This document shows positions 1-9,909 of a DNA stretch of 64,000 nt, piece after piece; position 1 is the first letter of the stretch, and every line of letters begins with the position of its first letter. Position numbers and translations under genes: made by a program. The notes beneath the pieces were generated by a model. It did not search any database. It saw only the letters and a list, made by a program, of their open reading frames with translations, and was not told where the DNA came from. Source of the DNA: Candidatus Doudnabacteria bacterium (GTDB lineage Bacteria; Patescibacteriota; Doudnabacteria; UBA920; O2-02-FULL-48-8). The DNA is taken from the NCBI GenBank assembly GCA_037200925.1, contig JBBCGO010000001.1, forward strand, positions 246,366 to 310,365, in the 5' to 3' direction.

Positions 1-83
1 CTGATTACCATGTTCCGTATTCGTGCCGGTTGCAATTTGGCAGAGGGGGCAAATATAATTTTCAGGTTCGTGATTATACATAT

Positions 84-773
84 TTAACCGATCACCGTCC
101 CTTTAAATTGTTTTGCAGCCAAAAAGTTTCTCAAATTATCAAGTTTTTTGCCGTTCATGACGATCACTTTCAGTTTCAGTTTTTCCGCCAGCTTGGATGC
201 GACCGGATCAAACGGCAAATTTAATCCCGGGTCCCACTTGCTGCCGACAATTTTGCGAAAATCTTTCCAGGAAATATTCTTTATCGGTTTGGCATTTTTG
301 TGCGTTTTGGGATTTTTATCATACACATAATCAATACTGCTTAAATTCAAAACTGTATCCGCTTTATATACGCGCGCCAAAAGCACAGCTACATAATCCG
401 TTGACCAGCCCGGCCTGTAACCTGCTGCAATGATCATAGGCTCAGAAGCGGCCTCCGGCTTGTTTGGATTCGTAATGATCCTCCGGTGCGCATATTTGCG
501 GAAGATCGTGCGCAGCAAATGGGCATTCAGACGCGTGGAATGGATTCCAAGCCAATCCAGATCATCGGGATTTAATTCTCCTAAATTCTTTGCCGCCTCA
601 ATATACCGGCGGGCGATTCTGCCGCCCCCCGTGATCACCAGAAACTTATTGCCTTTTTTTATAAACGCCTCAATAACCGCTTTAAACCCCCTCAAAAACC
701 CGACATCTACCTCGTCAGGCACGATCAAGGAGCCGCCCAGGGAAATGATATATCTTTTGCTATTGGCTGGCAT
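84..773 (-). CDS. pyrH: UMP kinase (uridylate kinase)
   Basis: 229-aa ORF with IISLGGSL and VITGGG glycine-rich motifs of the amino-acid-kinase fold, typical of PyrH. Confidence 0.8.
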   Translation of the reverse strand: MPANSKRYIISLGGSLIVPDEVDVGFLRGFKAVIEAFIKKGNKFLVITGGGRIARRYIEAAKNLGELNPDDLDWLGIHSTRLNAHLLRTIFRKYAHRRIITNPNKPEAASEPMIIAAGYRPGWSTDYVAVLLARVYKADTVLNLSSIDYVYDKNPKTHKNAKPIKNISWKDFRKIVGSKWDPGLNLPFDPVASKLAEKLKLKVIVMNGKKLDNLRNFLAAKQFKGTVIG

Positions 774-1722
774 TGGTTGTCGCGGTTCCTGCCGCGTCCG
801 GCTGCTCCTGCTGGCTGCAGGGAGTGGCTTGAAAGCAATAATACGCCCATTTGGCCAGCCTTAGGTCGATATAGGCCAGGCGCGGGCGGTCTTTTGCCGC
901 AATTTGTTTATTTAATAATATCGACAATGCATCCAATTGAGTAACCACAGAACGAGTGGTATCAAACATCACCGACCATCCTTCCGAGGAAACAAACTGC
1001 ACATCAGTGCTTTGCTTGCCGGTGAACTTAACCTGGGCAATTCCCGTCGCTATCTTGCCGTTCCACTGGCGGCTCATAGACAGTACAAATGCCGCGAGTT
1101 TTGAATTTGGCAGGACTTCGCCTGAGGCAAAATCCTCGGTCAACTGGTCAACCACGACCAGCATGTTTTTCGGGTCATCGATCTGCGAAACCACGGTGCC
1201 CTCATCATCCACCAAAAAATATTTACCGTTTGACTGGATGACGAACCCGGGCACTCGTTCCGTGATCTCAATATTAAGCCGGTTGGGCCAAATTCTCTGG
1301 CTCGTGGCTTGTTTAATGGTCGGGATCGCAGTGGTCAGCAGCTGATCGATCCGTCCCGGCGTCATCAGAAAAAAACTATTTTTTTTAATCAAGAATAACC
1401 GGGACTGTCCGGCCTGTGCTATCACATCCTGGATCAACTGAGCCGAAACCTGCACGTTCCCCGAAACTGAGACGTTGGCCACGACAAACTTGGAAGAGAT
1501 AAAAAGATAATAAACAATAACAATTAAAATAATTACGGCGATACCGCGCCAAAATTTGGAACCTAAACCGACTTTGGATAAAATTTTATTCAGCCAAGTC
1601 CGGGGATTGGGATCAAAAGTCCTCTTGAAATTGGCAGCCGACTTGATCTTATCGCGAAAATCCCTGCCGCCGAAGCGTCGTTTGGGTTCTAATTTTCGTC
1701 TGTGAGTGGAAAAAATCTGCAT
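760..1722 (-). CDS. ftsQ: Cell division protein FtsQ/DivIB-like (N-terminal TM segment plus POTRA-like region)
   Basis: 320-aa ORF; hydrophobic segment IAVIILIVIVYYLFI followed by periplasmic domain; sits between pyrH and ddl. Confidence 0.5.
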   Translation of the reverse strand: MQIFSTHRRKLEPKRRFGGRDFRDKIKSAANFKRTFDPNPRTWLNKILSKVGLGSKFWRGIAVIILIVIVYYLFISSKFVVANVSVSGNVQVSAQLIQDVIAQAGQSRLFLIKKNSFFLMTPGRIDQLLTTAIPTIKQATSQRIWPNRLNIEITERVPGFVIQSNGKYFLVDDEGTVVSQIDDPKNMLVVVDQLTEDFASGEVLPNSKLAAFVLSMSRQWNGKIATGIAQVKFTGKQSTDVQFVSSEGWSVMFDTTRSVVTQLDALSILLNKQIAAKDRPRLAYIDLRLAKWAYYCFQATPCSQQEQPDAAGTATTNASQ

Positions 1723-1727
1723 AGAAG

Positions 1728-2759
1728 TTATTCTTTGTCTAAAGCCAGATAGATCAGCTTGTCCAAAAGCTGGGCATAGGACATGCCTGCGGCCCGGGCC
1801 GATTTAGGAGTCAGAGAGTTAGCTGTGAGCCCGGGAATAGTGTTGATCTCCAGGAAATAAATCTGTTCTTTACCGGTAACAATAAGATCAGTGCGGGTGA
1901 TTCCTTTGCAACCCAGCAGTTTATGCGCTTCCAATGCGATCGCCTGCAGTCGATTCGCCAGATTCTTGGGAATTGGGGCCGGCACGATCTCGTCCGAACC
2001 GCCTGTTTCATACTTTGCCCGGTAATCAAAAAATTCTGAAACCTTCGGGACTATTTCAATCACAGGCAGTGCCATAACCTTTCTGTTGCCCAAAACCGGC
2101 ACGGTAAATTCGCGGCCTTGCAGGAAAGGCTCGATCAGCACTTCCTGATCATGTTTGAAGGCCTGTTCTATTCCTTTTTTGATCTCCAGTTTATCGGAAC
2201 TTATCGTCACACCGATCGAGGAGCCGATGCGATTGGGCTTGATCACGATTTTGCCTTTCAGTCTGCTTAAATATTTTTTCGGATCTTTCAGATACGCATT
2301 TTTCTCCAAAATTATATGCGGCGCCACGAGTATGCCCTCTGATGCCACCAAGCGCTTGGTTTTCGCCTTATCCATAGCCAAAGCTGAGGCTAAAACCCCG
2401 GATCCGGTATATTTTATGCCCAATGATTCCAAAACTCCCTGGATGGTGCCGTCCTCTCCGCCCGGTCCGTGAAGGGCCAGGAAAGCCACGTCGATCTTGC
2501 TCTGCGAATTTTTATCGATCGGAACGATCTGCCGATTAGACGAAATTTTCTTTGTATGCACTGAAGCCTCAATTTGTTTGATCACGGGACTGCTGATCAG
2601 CCACTGGCCGCGCTCGGATATTTCCACGGGTATAATATCGTATTTCTTTAAGTTAAGGTTTTGTGCGACATTTTTTCCGGACCGCAAAGACACTTCCCGC
2701 TCCTGGGAAGTCCCGCCGAAGATCAGAGCAATTCGCAGTTTCTTTTTCTTTTGCGTCAT
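1728..2759 (-). CDS. ddl: D-alanine--D-alanine ligase
   Basis: 343 aa; N-term LRIALIFGGTSQEREVSLRSG and ATP-grasp layout; adjacent to alanine racemase. Confidence 0.9.
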   Translation of the reverse strand: MTQKKKKLRIALIFGGTSQEREVSLRSGKNVAQNLNLKKYDIIPVEISERGQWLISSPVIKQIEASVHTKKISSNRQIVPIDKNSQSKIDVAFLALHGPGGEDGTIQGVLESLGIKYTGSGVLASALAMDKAKTKRLVASEGILVAPHIILEKNAYLKDPKKYLSRLKGKIVIKPNRIGSSIGVTISSDKLEIKKGIEQAFKHDQEVLIEPFLQGREFTVPVLGNRKVMALPVIEIVPKVSEFFDYRAKYETGGSDEIVPAPIPKNLANRLQAIALEAHKLLGCKGITRTDLIVTGKEQIYFLEINTIPGLTANSLTPKSARAAGMSYAQLLDKLIYLALDKE

Positions 2760-3844
2760 TTTAAAATCCTCGGGATCAAGGGATTGATTCTGGCCACAAC
2801 TTCATAATCGTTCGTGCCGATCTTTTTGGCCAGTTCATCGACCGGAATTTCATCGCAAACAAGCATGACCTTATCGCCCGCTTTCACATTTTTTACATCC
2901 GTGGCATCTGCCATGAGCAAATTCATGCACACTCGGCCTAAAACTTTGCACTTTTTGCCGTTGATCAAGACTTCTCCCGTGTTCGAAAGCTTGCGGTCGT
3001 AACCGTCGTAATATCCGACAGGAAGTACTGCAAGTTTGGTTGCACGCTTGGTTTGGTAAGTCAGGTCATAGCCTATAAAAGTTCCTTTAGAAAGCTGTTT
3101 AACTTGAATAATATGTGTCTGCCAGGAAAGCACCGGCTTTAATTCAAATTTCGCTTTTTTTTGAGCCAAAGGGGATGGCCACAGACCATATAACCCGATG
3201 CCCAGACGAACCATATCATGATGACTGGTAGGGCTGACAATTCCGGCTGCAGTGCAGGCAATATGCTTGATGGGGTTCAGGCCCCGCCATTCCAGCTCCT
3301 CAATAACTGCATTAAACAAATGATTTTGCTTTTCGGTAAACTCCATATTCTCTTCAGACGCCGCGAAGTGGCTGAACGCTCCTTCGATCTTAATGTTCGG
3401 CCAGCGCAAAAGCTTATCTGCGAACCCGGCTACTTCATTTGGAAATATCCCCAATCTTGAGGTGCCTGTATCAGCCTTCAAATGGACATTGGCGATCTTT
3501 TTCAATTTTTTGGCAGCTGCGGAGATCAGTTTGGCCTGTTTCAGATCGTAGACTGCCAAAGAAACTTTTGTTTTTATGAGTTCAGATATCTCATCTTCCG
3601 AATAAAAGCTTAAAACCAAGATCGGTTTTTTTATTCCGGCTTTTCTCAATTCCAAAGCCTCGTTTCCTGACGCCACGCCAAACCAGTCGGTTTCTTTTTC
3701 GATCACGGATGCAACCTGTGCTATTCCGTGGCCGTAAGCATTGCTTTTCACGATTGACATGACTTTTGTATCACCAATAGCGCGCCGGTAGGCGCGCAGG
3801 TTGTGAAGCAAAGCTGATCTACTGATCAGGACTTGTGAGGACAT
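2756..3844 (-). CDS. alr: Alanine racemase
   Basis: 362 aa; PLP-lysine motif region VMSIVKSNAYGHG; 4-nt overlap with ddl. Confidence 0.85.
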   Translation of the reverse strand: MSSQVLISRSALLHNLRAYRRAIGDTKVMSIVKSNAYGHGIAQVASVIEKETDWFGVASGNEALELRKAGIKKPILVLSFYSEDEISELIKTKVSLAVYDLKQAKLISAAAKKLKKIANVHLKADTGTSRLGIFPNEVAGFADKLLRWPNIKIEGAFSHFAASEENMEFTEKQNHLFNAVIEELEWRGLNPIKHIACTAAGIVSPTSHHDMVRLGIGLYGLWPSPLAQKKAKFELKPVLSWQTHIIQVKQLSKGTFIGYDLTYQTKRATKLAVLPVGYYDGYDRKLSNTGEVLINGKKCKVLGRVCMNLLMADATDVKNVKAGDKVMLVCDEIPVDELAKKIGTNDYEVVARINPLIPRILK

Positions 3845-5145
3845 TATTTCTTGATCTCAGAAAACCCCGTATATTTTTGCAAAACTTTCGGCACTTTTAT
3901 CGATCCGTCCGCTTCCTGATTGTTTTCCAGGATTGCGATCAATGTTCTGGGCATAGCCACAGCAGTGGCATCATTCGTGTGCACCAGCTCATTGTCTTTG
4001 CCGGTTTTGACCTTTATGTTCAATCTTCTTGCCTGGAAATCGGTCATCAGATCCGCAGTATGGGTCTCGCGGTAGGTTTTCTGGCTCGGGACCCAGACTT
4101 CCAGATCGACTCCGCGGGCATTCGGCATGCCGATATCAGCCGTGCACTTCAAAAGTTTTCTGTAAGGCAGTTCCAAAGCCTGCAGGATATATTCTTCGAT
4201 CGCGATCAAAAACAGATGCTCTTTAAACGAATTTTCGGCCGATGTGAACGATTCCATTTCCAGCTTATCGAATTGATGCACGCGCAAGATCCCTTTCACG
4301 TCCTTGCCGTAAGAGCCTGATTCCCGCCTGAATGACGTGGAATAGCCGATATACCGCAAAGGCAATTGCTCTTCTTTCAAAACTTCATCCATGTGTTTGG
4401 ACACCAGGCTGTGCTCGGCACTGCCGATCAGATACAGATCATCCTGCTGCAGATAATAGCGCTCTTCTTTATCTTCTTCGCTGAGCCTGGAAGTTTTTAC
4501 GTAGACGTCGGGTTTGATCATCACCGGCGGCACTATCGGAATGAACGGTTTGTGAGAATAGCCTTTTTCAACCGAGCCGGCAATTTTTTTCAGGATCTTT
4601 TCATTCGTCAAAGTCTCAAACACAAAATTCATCAATGCGAACTGCAGCTGCGCCGCAGCACCCAAAATATAGCCGAACCTGCTGCCCGCAACTTTCGCAG
4701 CGGACTCGATATCAATCATGTTCAATTCTTTCCCCAATTGAACATGGTCTTTCGGCTCAAAATCAAATTTTCGCGGCGCGCCCCAGGTGAATACAATTTC
4801 ATTTTCTCTTTCGTCCTTGCCTACCGGCACATCAGGCCAGGGAATATTAGGCACTTTCAGCATCTCAGAGGTCCATTGCTTGTCGATCTCCTCAAACTCC
4901 AGTTCAAATTTTCCCAGTTCATCTTTCAGAGATTTGCTTTGTTTTATCAGTTCATCATCCTTGCCGGCTTTGAGCTTTTGGGTGATCTCATTTCTTTTGG
5001 CGCGCAGATCCTCAATTTTAACCGTCAGCTTCCTTCTTTGATCGTCCAATGAAAGCAAATGATCAATATTGGCAGTGGCTTTTTTATTCTTTACAGCCTG
5101 TTTGACCTTATCCGCATTCTCTCTGATGAATTTTATGTCCAGCAT
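3844..5145 (-). CDS. serS: Seryl-tRNA synthetase
   Basis: 433 aa; N-terminal coiled-coil arm (MLDIKFIRENADKV...) and class II catalytic core. Confidence 0.9.
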   Translation of the reverse strand: MLDIKFIRENADKVKQAVKNKKATANIDHLLSLDDQRRKLTVKIEDLRAKRNEITQKLKAGKDDELIKQSKSLKDELGKFELEFEEIDKQWTSEMLKVPNIPWPDVPVGKDERENEIVFTWGAPRKFDFEPKDHVQLGKELNMIDIESAAKVAGSRFGYILGAAAQLQFALMNFVFETLTNEKILKKIAGSVEKGYSHKPFIPIVPPVMIKPDVYVKTSRLSEEDKEERYYLQQDDLYLIGSAEHSLVSKHMDEVLKEEQLPLRYIGYSTSFRRESGSYGKDVKGILRVHQFDKLEMESFTSAENSFKEHLFLIAIEEYILQALELPYRKLLKCTADIGMPNARGVDLEVWVPSQKTYRETHTADLMTDFQARRLNIKVKTGKDNELVHTNDATAVAMPRTLIAILENNQEADGSIKVPKVLQKYTGFSEIKK

Positions 5146-5151
5146 ATTATT

Positions 5152-5733
5152 CTAATCGCTAATTACATCTTTTATTTTTTCCAGCGCGTACGCACGATGA
5201 TTGACTATATCGTTCTCATCCAACAGATCGCCCCAATATTTCTGATAATTCGGCAGATACATTACCGAATTGTACGGATAATCCGGCCATCTTTTTTCAC
5301 TCGGTTTTTCAGGTACAATCCCGATTACTTCGCTCTCGGATGTAAAAATTCCAAATGGCGTAGCCAAAGCCACTACGATCCGGTGCCTGGCATTTCTGTT
5401 GGTTTGGCCTTGCATGCGCTTAAATACTTCTGAAATAACCTCCTCGTCGGTCATCTCCCGGCCGATCCAGCGGCGGCTTTTTATCCCGGGCTCATTATTC
5501 AGAACTTCGATCTCAAAACCGCCATCATCTACTATAACGGGGATTCCCGATCTTTTAAAATAAAATTCGGCTTTCTTGATCGCTTCCTCTTCAAAACTTT
5601 TCGCTTTCTCTTCGGGAGCTTCGATATTCAGATCTTTTGCCGAAACAATTTCCAAATCCAGATTTTTTAAAAGCTTTTTATAGGTCCCGACCTTCGCCGG
5701 ATTTCCCGTGCCAATAAGTATCTTTTTAGACAT
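5152..5733 (-). CDS. Non-canonical purine NTP pyrophosphatase (Ham1/RdgB family)
   Basis: 193 aa; ILIGTGNPAK N-terminal motif and VIVDDGGFEI...PG..S.R resembling RdgB DDSGL..PG..SAR. Confidence 0.65.
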   Translation of the reverse strand: MSKKILIGTGNPAKVGTYKKLLKNLDLEIVSAKDLNIEAPEEKAKSFEEEAIKKAEFYFKRSGIPVIVDDGGFEIEVLNNEPGIKSRRWIGREMTDEEVISEVFKRMQGQTNRNARHRIVVALATPFGIFTSESEVIGIVPEKPSEKRWPDYPYNSVMYLPNYQKYWGDLLDENDIVNHRAYALEKIKDVISD

Positions 5734-5750
5734 AAAATAATTAATTAAAT

Positions 5751-6305
5751 TTATAAACCTATTTCGCTTGAGTGTTCTTTCATAGCATTCAATGAGATCT
5801 CAACCAATTCCGGCAAATCCATATTAATGTAGTCCTTGCAAAGCATAATGATCTCGCGGTTCACGCCAGCGGCAAAGCTTTTCTGCTTGAATTTTTTTAG
5901 AACCGATTCAGCGGTCACGGATGCCAATTTCTTGTCCGGCTGGACCAGGGCCGCTGCAGTGATCAACCCGGATAGTTCCTCAACGCAATACAAGGTTTTT
6001 TCCAAAAGCGTTTCCGGTTTTATCTCATGCACCCAATTATGAACATAAATTGCATTAATGATCTCGGGTTTCAGGTCAGTTTTTTCCAGAATTTCTTTGG
6101 ACACTTTCGTATGATTCTTAAAATTATCTTTCGTCTTTTCCCAATCCAGGTCGTGCAGCATTCCGGTCAGTTCCCAGTCATCCTGATTTTCCCCGAATTT
6201 TTCCGCCAGCGCTTTCATAATGAATCCCACAGCGACATTGTGGCGGATGAGATTCGGATTGGTAATATGCTCAGACAGCAAATTCAGCGCTTCTTGCCTG
6301 GTCAT
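5751..6305 (-). CDS. HD-domain phosphohydrolase
   Basis: 184 aa; H...HDLD metal-binding signature (LIRHNVAVG ... MLHDLDWEK). Confidence 0.5.
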   Translation of the reverse strand: MTRQEALNLLSEHITNPNLIRHNVAVGFIMKALAEKFGENQDDWELTGMLHDLDWEKTKDNFKNHTKVSKEILEKTDLKPEIINAIYVHNWVHEIKPETLLEKTLYCVEELSGLITAAALVQPDKKLASVTAESVLKKFKQKSFAAGVNREIIMLCKDYINMDLPELVEISLNAMKEHSSEIGL

Positions 6306-6613
6306 TGTGGATATATATCTCGCAGATCATCATTTGTGCCTTGTTCGCTAAAAATCGTACCTGAGTCTTTATCCGGAGGAAGCTTATGTTTTAGGATCTT
6401 CCCTTGCTTGTCAACCAACAAAGCTTCCCTGTAGGTTGAATTTTCTATAACCCGGGTGTAAAAAATATTTCCGGTCTTTTCTTCCGTAAATCCCCGTTCA
6501 AAAGTTACACCGTCAACAGTTATGCTTTCAGGGATTTTTCCGTTCTCAAATCCTTCCGCAGTTTGTCCCTCAAACTCATAAGGATTTTTTAATAGTGACT
6601 CACCTGATCTCAT
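6302..6613 (-). CDS. Hypothetical protein
   Basis: 103-aa ORF tightly packed between the HD-domain gene and lysS; no recognisable motifs. Confidence 0.3.
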   Translation of the reverse strand: MRSGESLLKNPYEFEGQTAEGFENGKIPESITVDGVTFERGFTEEKTGNIFYTRVIENSTYREALLVDKQGKILKHKLPPDKDSGTIFSEQGTNDDLRDIYPQ

Positions 6614-8070
6614 TTTTCTTCTTCTTTCATCGGCGGGAAGATCACGGTTTCGCGCATGGCTTTGTTCATCAGGACCGCAAACAGCCGCTCGCTGACGCCA
6701 AATCCCACAGCCGGCGGCATGCCGTATTCCAGCGCTTCCACATAATCCTCATCCAGCATCTGGGCTTCCTTATCGCCTGCGGCCCGCAATTTCATCTGCT
6801 CTTGGAATCGCATCATCTGGTATTGCGGGTCATTGACCTCAGACCAGCCGTTGCCCAGTTCTGTTTTCGCGGCCAAAACCTGGAAGCGCAGGACTTTTTT
6901 GGGATTTTTCGGGTCCACTTTTGCCAAAGGCGAGATCTCCACCGGGTGTCCTATCAGGAAAGCGGGCTGGACCAATTTTGGCCGGACAAGTTTTTTATAA
7001 ATCGCGTCGATCAGCCGGCCGCGGCCAAGTTTGGGCTCATCTATGCCAAGCTCCTGCGCCTTTTTGTGCAGCTCTTCATCAGTGGTTTTATTCAGATCCA
7101 AACCTGTTTCTTTTTTGAAAATGTCAAAATAATCTATCTTAGGCCACTTCCCGCTCCAGTCGATCTTATGGCCTTCGTACTCGGTTTCCATAACACCTGC
7201 CACATTTTTTACCGCCAGTTTGAATAATTTTTCCACGAGCTTCATGCCGTCTTTATAATCAGCATAAGCCCAATAAAATTCCATATCGTCATATTCCTGC
7301 AAATGCTCGCGGTCAATTCCCTCGTTGCGAAACAGGCGCCCGATCTCAAATACTTTATCAAAACCCCCGACCAGTAGCCGCTTTAACGGCAACTCCAAAG
7401 AGATCCGCAGATAAAAATCCCGGTTCAGCGCATTGTGGTGTGTAATGAAGGGTTCGGCATCAGCCCCTCCCGGCACTGCTTCCAAAACAGGCGTCCAGAC
7501 CTCCAAAAATCCCTGCTTGACCATAAAATTCCGCACCGTCTGCCAAAACAAGGCTTTCTTCCGGAAAAGCTCGCGGGTATCTTTGTTGGCGATCAGGTCC
7601 AGGTAACGCTTACGCAGTTTGACTTCCAGATCCTTCAGGCCAAAATAATTTTGGGGCACCGGGCGCAAAGATTTGGCCAGAAGCTTGTAATCCGAGACTT
7701 CCAGGGTTTTCTCGCCTGATTTTGAAAGCGCCAGAGTGCCTGAGGCCTGCAAAAAATCGCCCATGTCAAAAAGTGCATTGAATTGCTCAAATTTATCGCC
7801 CAACAGATCTTCACGAAGCAAAAACTGAATGGCGCCGCTGTCATCTTCAATGTTCCCGAAAGTCAATTTTCCATGGCCGCGGATTGACCGGATCCTGCCC
7901 GCCAATATCACCTGTTTTTTTTCTTGTGAAAGTTTCTCAAAATCGGCGATTGCTTCTCCAATGCTTTCGGTAAGCTCAACACTCACCGGATATGGTTCAA
8001 TTCCGGCTGTTTTGAGTTGCTCCAGTTTTTCTAAGCGAACCTTGCGTAATTCTTCTGTTTTTTCTGTCAT
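6610..8070 (-). CDS. lysS: Lysyl-tRNA synthetase (class II)
   Basis: 486 aa; N-terminal OB anticodon-binding region followed by class II motifs. Confidence 0.9.
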   Translation of the reverse strand: MTEKTEELRKVRLEKLEQLKTAGIEPYPVSVELTESIGEAIADFEKLSQEKKQVILAGRIRSIRGHGKLTFGNIEDDSGAIQFLLREDLLGDKFEQFNALFDMGDFLQASGTLALSKSGEKTLEVSDYKLLAKSLRPVPQNYFGLKDLEVKLRKRYLDLIANKDTRELFRKKALFWQTVRNFMVKQGFLEVWTPVLEAVPGGADAEPFITHHNALNRDFYLRISLELPLKRLLVGGFDKVFEIGRLFRNEGIDREHLQEYDDMEFYWAYADYKDGMKLVEKLFKLAVKNVAGVMETEYEGHKIDWSGKWPKIDYFDIFKKETGLDLNKTTDEELHKKAQELGIDEPKLGRGRLIDAIYKKLVRPKLVQPAFLIGHPVEISPLAKVDPKNPKKVLRFQVLAAKTELGNGWSEVNDPQYQMMRFQEQMKLRAAGDKEAQMLDEDYVEALEYGMPPAVGFGVSERLFAVLMNKAMRETVIFPPMKEEEK

Positions 8071-8082
8071 TTGTAGAGATTA

Positions 8083-8091
8083 ACTGTAACA
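8083..8091 (-). promoter_or_regulatory. Extended -10 element (TGGTATAAT) upstream of lysS
   Basis: plus-strand ATTATACCA = minus-strand TGGTATAAT, about 13 nt upstream of lysS ATG. Confidence 0.4.
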
Positions 8092-8139
8092 TATTATACC
8101 ATAATCTCGGCAAAAATAAAAAAGGCGAACTTAGTAAGC

Positions 8140-8604
8140 TCACCCGCTGCTTTCCGGGCTTATGATCTTGATTGCGCACGAACCCCAATCAATAACCGCC
8201 GCCTCGGCATGCCTGATGTTGAAAAATCCCGGTTTTGGTTTTCCCCTGTTGACCATCACCTCTTCTGCCACCTTGTAAGGGTGGTCGTTTTGCAAAACCG
8301 CGATCACTACTTCGGCCGAAGCGGACAATTTCTTGATCAGCTCGAAGGCTCGTGTAGGTGTCTGCAGTTCTTTGTGTGCTGACGGCTCTGTGCCCAGCAC
8401 TTTAGCCAGGATCTGGCCGGTCTCCACGCACCGCCTAAACGGCGAGGTCAGGATCCGCACACACTTGCCTGATGGAGCAAAAGGCTGCAGCTTTTTCCCC
8501 AGATCAGACGTGATCTCAATCCACTCGGGGAAAAGTCCCAGATCCAAGCCATGCTCATGCTTATAAAATCCGTGACGCACCAAAATCAACTTTTCCATGA
8601 TCAT
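8140..8604 (-). CDS. Histidine phosphatase family protein (phosphoglycerate mutase-like/SixA-like)
   Basis: LILVRHG catalytic RHG motif near the N-terminus; start placed at internal ATG 8604 with GAGG 5 nt upstream rather than the TTG-extended ORF. Confidence 0.55.
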   Translation of the reverse strand: MIMEKLILVRHGFYKHEHGLDLGLFPEWIEITSDLGKKLQPFAPSGKCVRILTSPFRRCVETGQILAKVLGTEPSAHKELQTPTRAFELIKKLSASAEVVIAVLQNDHPYKVAEEVMVNRGKPKPGFFNIRHAEAAVIDWGSCAIKIISPESSG

Positions 8605-8632
8605 CCTCGTATTTGGTTGTAGACAAAAACTG

Positions 8633-9340
8633 TTATCTGGCCAGGTATCCTCTTCTCCGTCTTTCGGGAAACCGCTCAATGGCATACCGAAGCGTTGTCC
8701 GCGGCATCTGTTGCCGATATTTATCCAAAAATTGAACCAAAGTTTTTTCATCGCTTTTGCCGACTTCCCTTAGCATCCAGCCGACTGCCTTGTGGATCAG
8801 GTCATGCCTGTCGGAAAGAAGCTTCTTGGCAATTTCCAAAGTTTTGGCAAACTGATGATTTTTTATAAATTGATATGTGGCAACCATGGCGATCCGCCGC
8901 TCCCACAAGTTTTCAGACCGCGCCAGTTTGTTCAGAATTGCTTTGGGTCTATTTAAAAGGTATTCCCCAACTATCTTGTCTGCAGACAAATCCACCAGGT
9001 CCCAGTTGTTCACGAATTTGGCTGAATTCAAATAAAATTTGTAGATCTTTGTCTTCTCAGCCTTGCTGCCATGTTCGAAATTATGGACGAGGATCAAAAG
9101 CGCTATCAGCCGTTCTTCGTGGATTTTTGAAGCCAATAACTTTTTAACATCAACAAGACTTAGATGTTTATATTTCAGCGCCAGCTGGCGGCTCTGCGGC
9201 ACCTTAATGCCGGCGAATATGTCGCCTTCGCCATAATGCCCTTTGCCCGTTTTAAAAAACCCGGCCAGGATCTTTGCCTTTTTCGGATTGCCCTGTTTTT
9301 TTATTTCATTCTTAAGCGCGGTCAAATTATTCATATCCAT
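8633..9340 (-). CDS. DNA alkylation repair protein (AlkD-like HEAT-repeat glycosylase family)
   Basis: HEAT-like repeats with W..D.......K/R pattern (NNWDLVDLSADKIVG, HKAVGWMLREVGK); start moved to ATG 9340 (GGGAG 8 nt upstream); track ORF begins at TTG 9475. Confidence 0.6.
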   Translation of the reverse strand: MDMNNLTALKNEIKKQGNPKKAKILAGFFKTGKGHYGEGDIFAGIKVPQSRQLALKYKHLSLVDVKKLLASKIHEERLIALLILVHNFEHGSKAEKTKIYKFYLNSAKFVNNWDLVDLSADKIVGEYLLNRPKAILNKLARSENLWERRIAMVATYQFIKNHQFAKTLEIAKKLLSDRHDLIHKAVGWMLREVGKSDEKTLVQFLDKYRQQMPRTTLRYAIERFPERRRRGYLAR

Positions 9341-9422
9341 ACTATACGCTCCCATGCTATGAAGTTCAATTATTTGATTTACGGCTTTATTTAGTCTACC
9401 ATTTAATCTGAAGGAGGAGACC

Positions 9423-9782
9423 ATGGAGATGCCACGGGGTAAGATCTTGACCTTCAGCAAGTGCTCTTGCTGCAACGATTGCTATTTTTTCTTCATCGAC
9501 AACAGCAGAGCAATCGCGGTTGTCCCGGTCTACTCCAAAGCCGGTGCTTCTTATCTGCTTGAGACCTGCAAGCTCGAAAAAGCCATCAGCAGCAGCGACT
9601 ACCAGTTCTTTTGCCGCGAAATTAGCGACTCAAGGCTTCCGGAAAGAATCGAGGCCATTGCCGAACATCAAAAAGAACGCCATCTGCGGAAGCCTGACGT
9701 TCTAAACAGCTATTATCAGATAACCATGCTGCTTTTCACGGAGCTTCACGGCGAGCAACCCTCACAACGTTCCACTAATTAA
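9423..9782 (+). CDS. Hypothetical protein (GC-rich insert)
   Basis: 119-aa ORF preceded by GGAGGAG; GC content clearly above flanking genes. Confidence 0.4.
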   Translation: MEMPRGKILTFSKCSCCNDCYFFFIDNSRAIAVVPVYSKAGASYLLETCKLEKAISSSDYQFFCREISDSRLPERIEAIAEHQKERHLRKPDVLNSYYQITMLLFTELHGEQPSQRSTN

Positions 9783-9909
9783 CGCGCAAGATTGATCTTC
9801 GCGTTTTTCTTTTTAGCGATATCTTCGAGATTGACAAGAACAGCCGGAATATAGAATAATTATATGATTTCAAAAGAGGACAACACGGCCATGATGGCCG
9901 GGAGGTTGT

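Noticed and set aside
4366-5052. 228-aa plus-strand ORF antisense to serS (and the similar antisense ORFs 6595..7227 inside lysS, 37621..38274 inside the MEMO-like gene, 40355..40768 and others inside the giant protein)
   Set aside because: They overlap genes with strong, recognisable homology on the opposite strand and have low-complexity, His/Arg/Phe-rich compositions typical of antisense frames.
8605-8751. N-terminal 50-residue extension of the histidine phosphatase ORF (start 8751) and N-terminal extension of the AlkD-like ORF to TTG 9475
   Set aside because: Extensions overlap upstream genes, begin at non-ATG codons in the track and lack RBS; internal ATGs with SD-like sequences give proteins of family-typical length.
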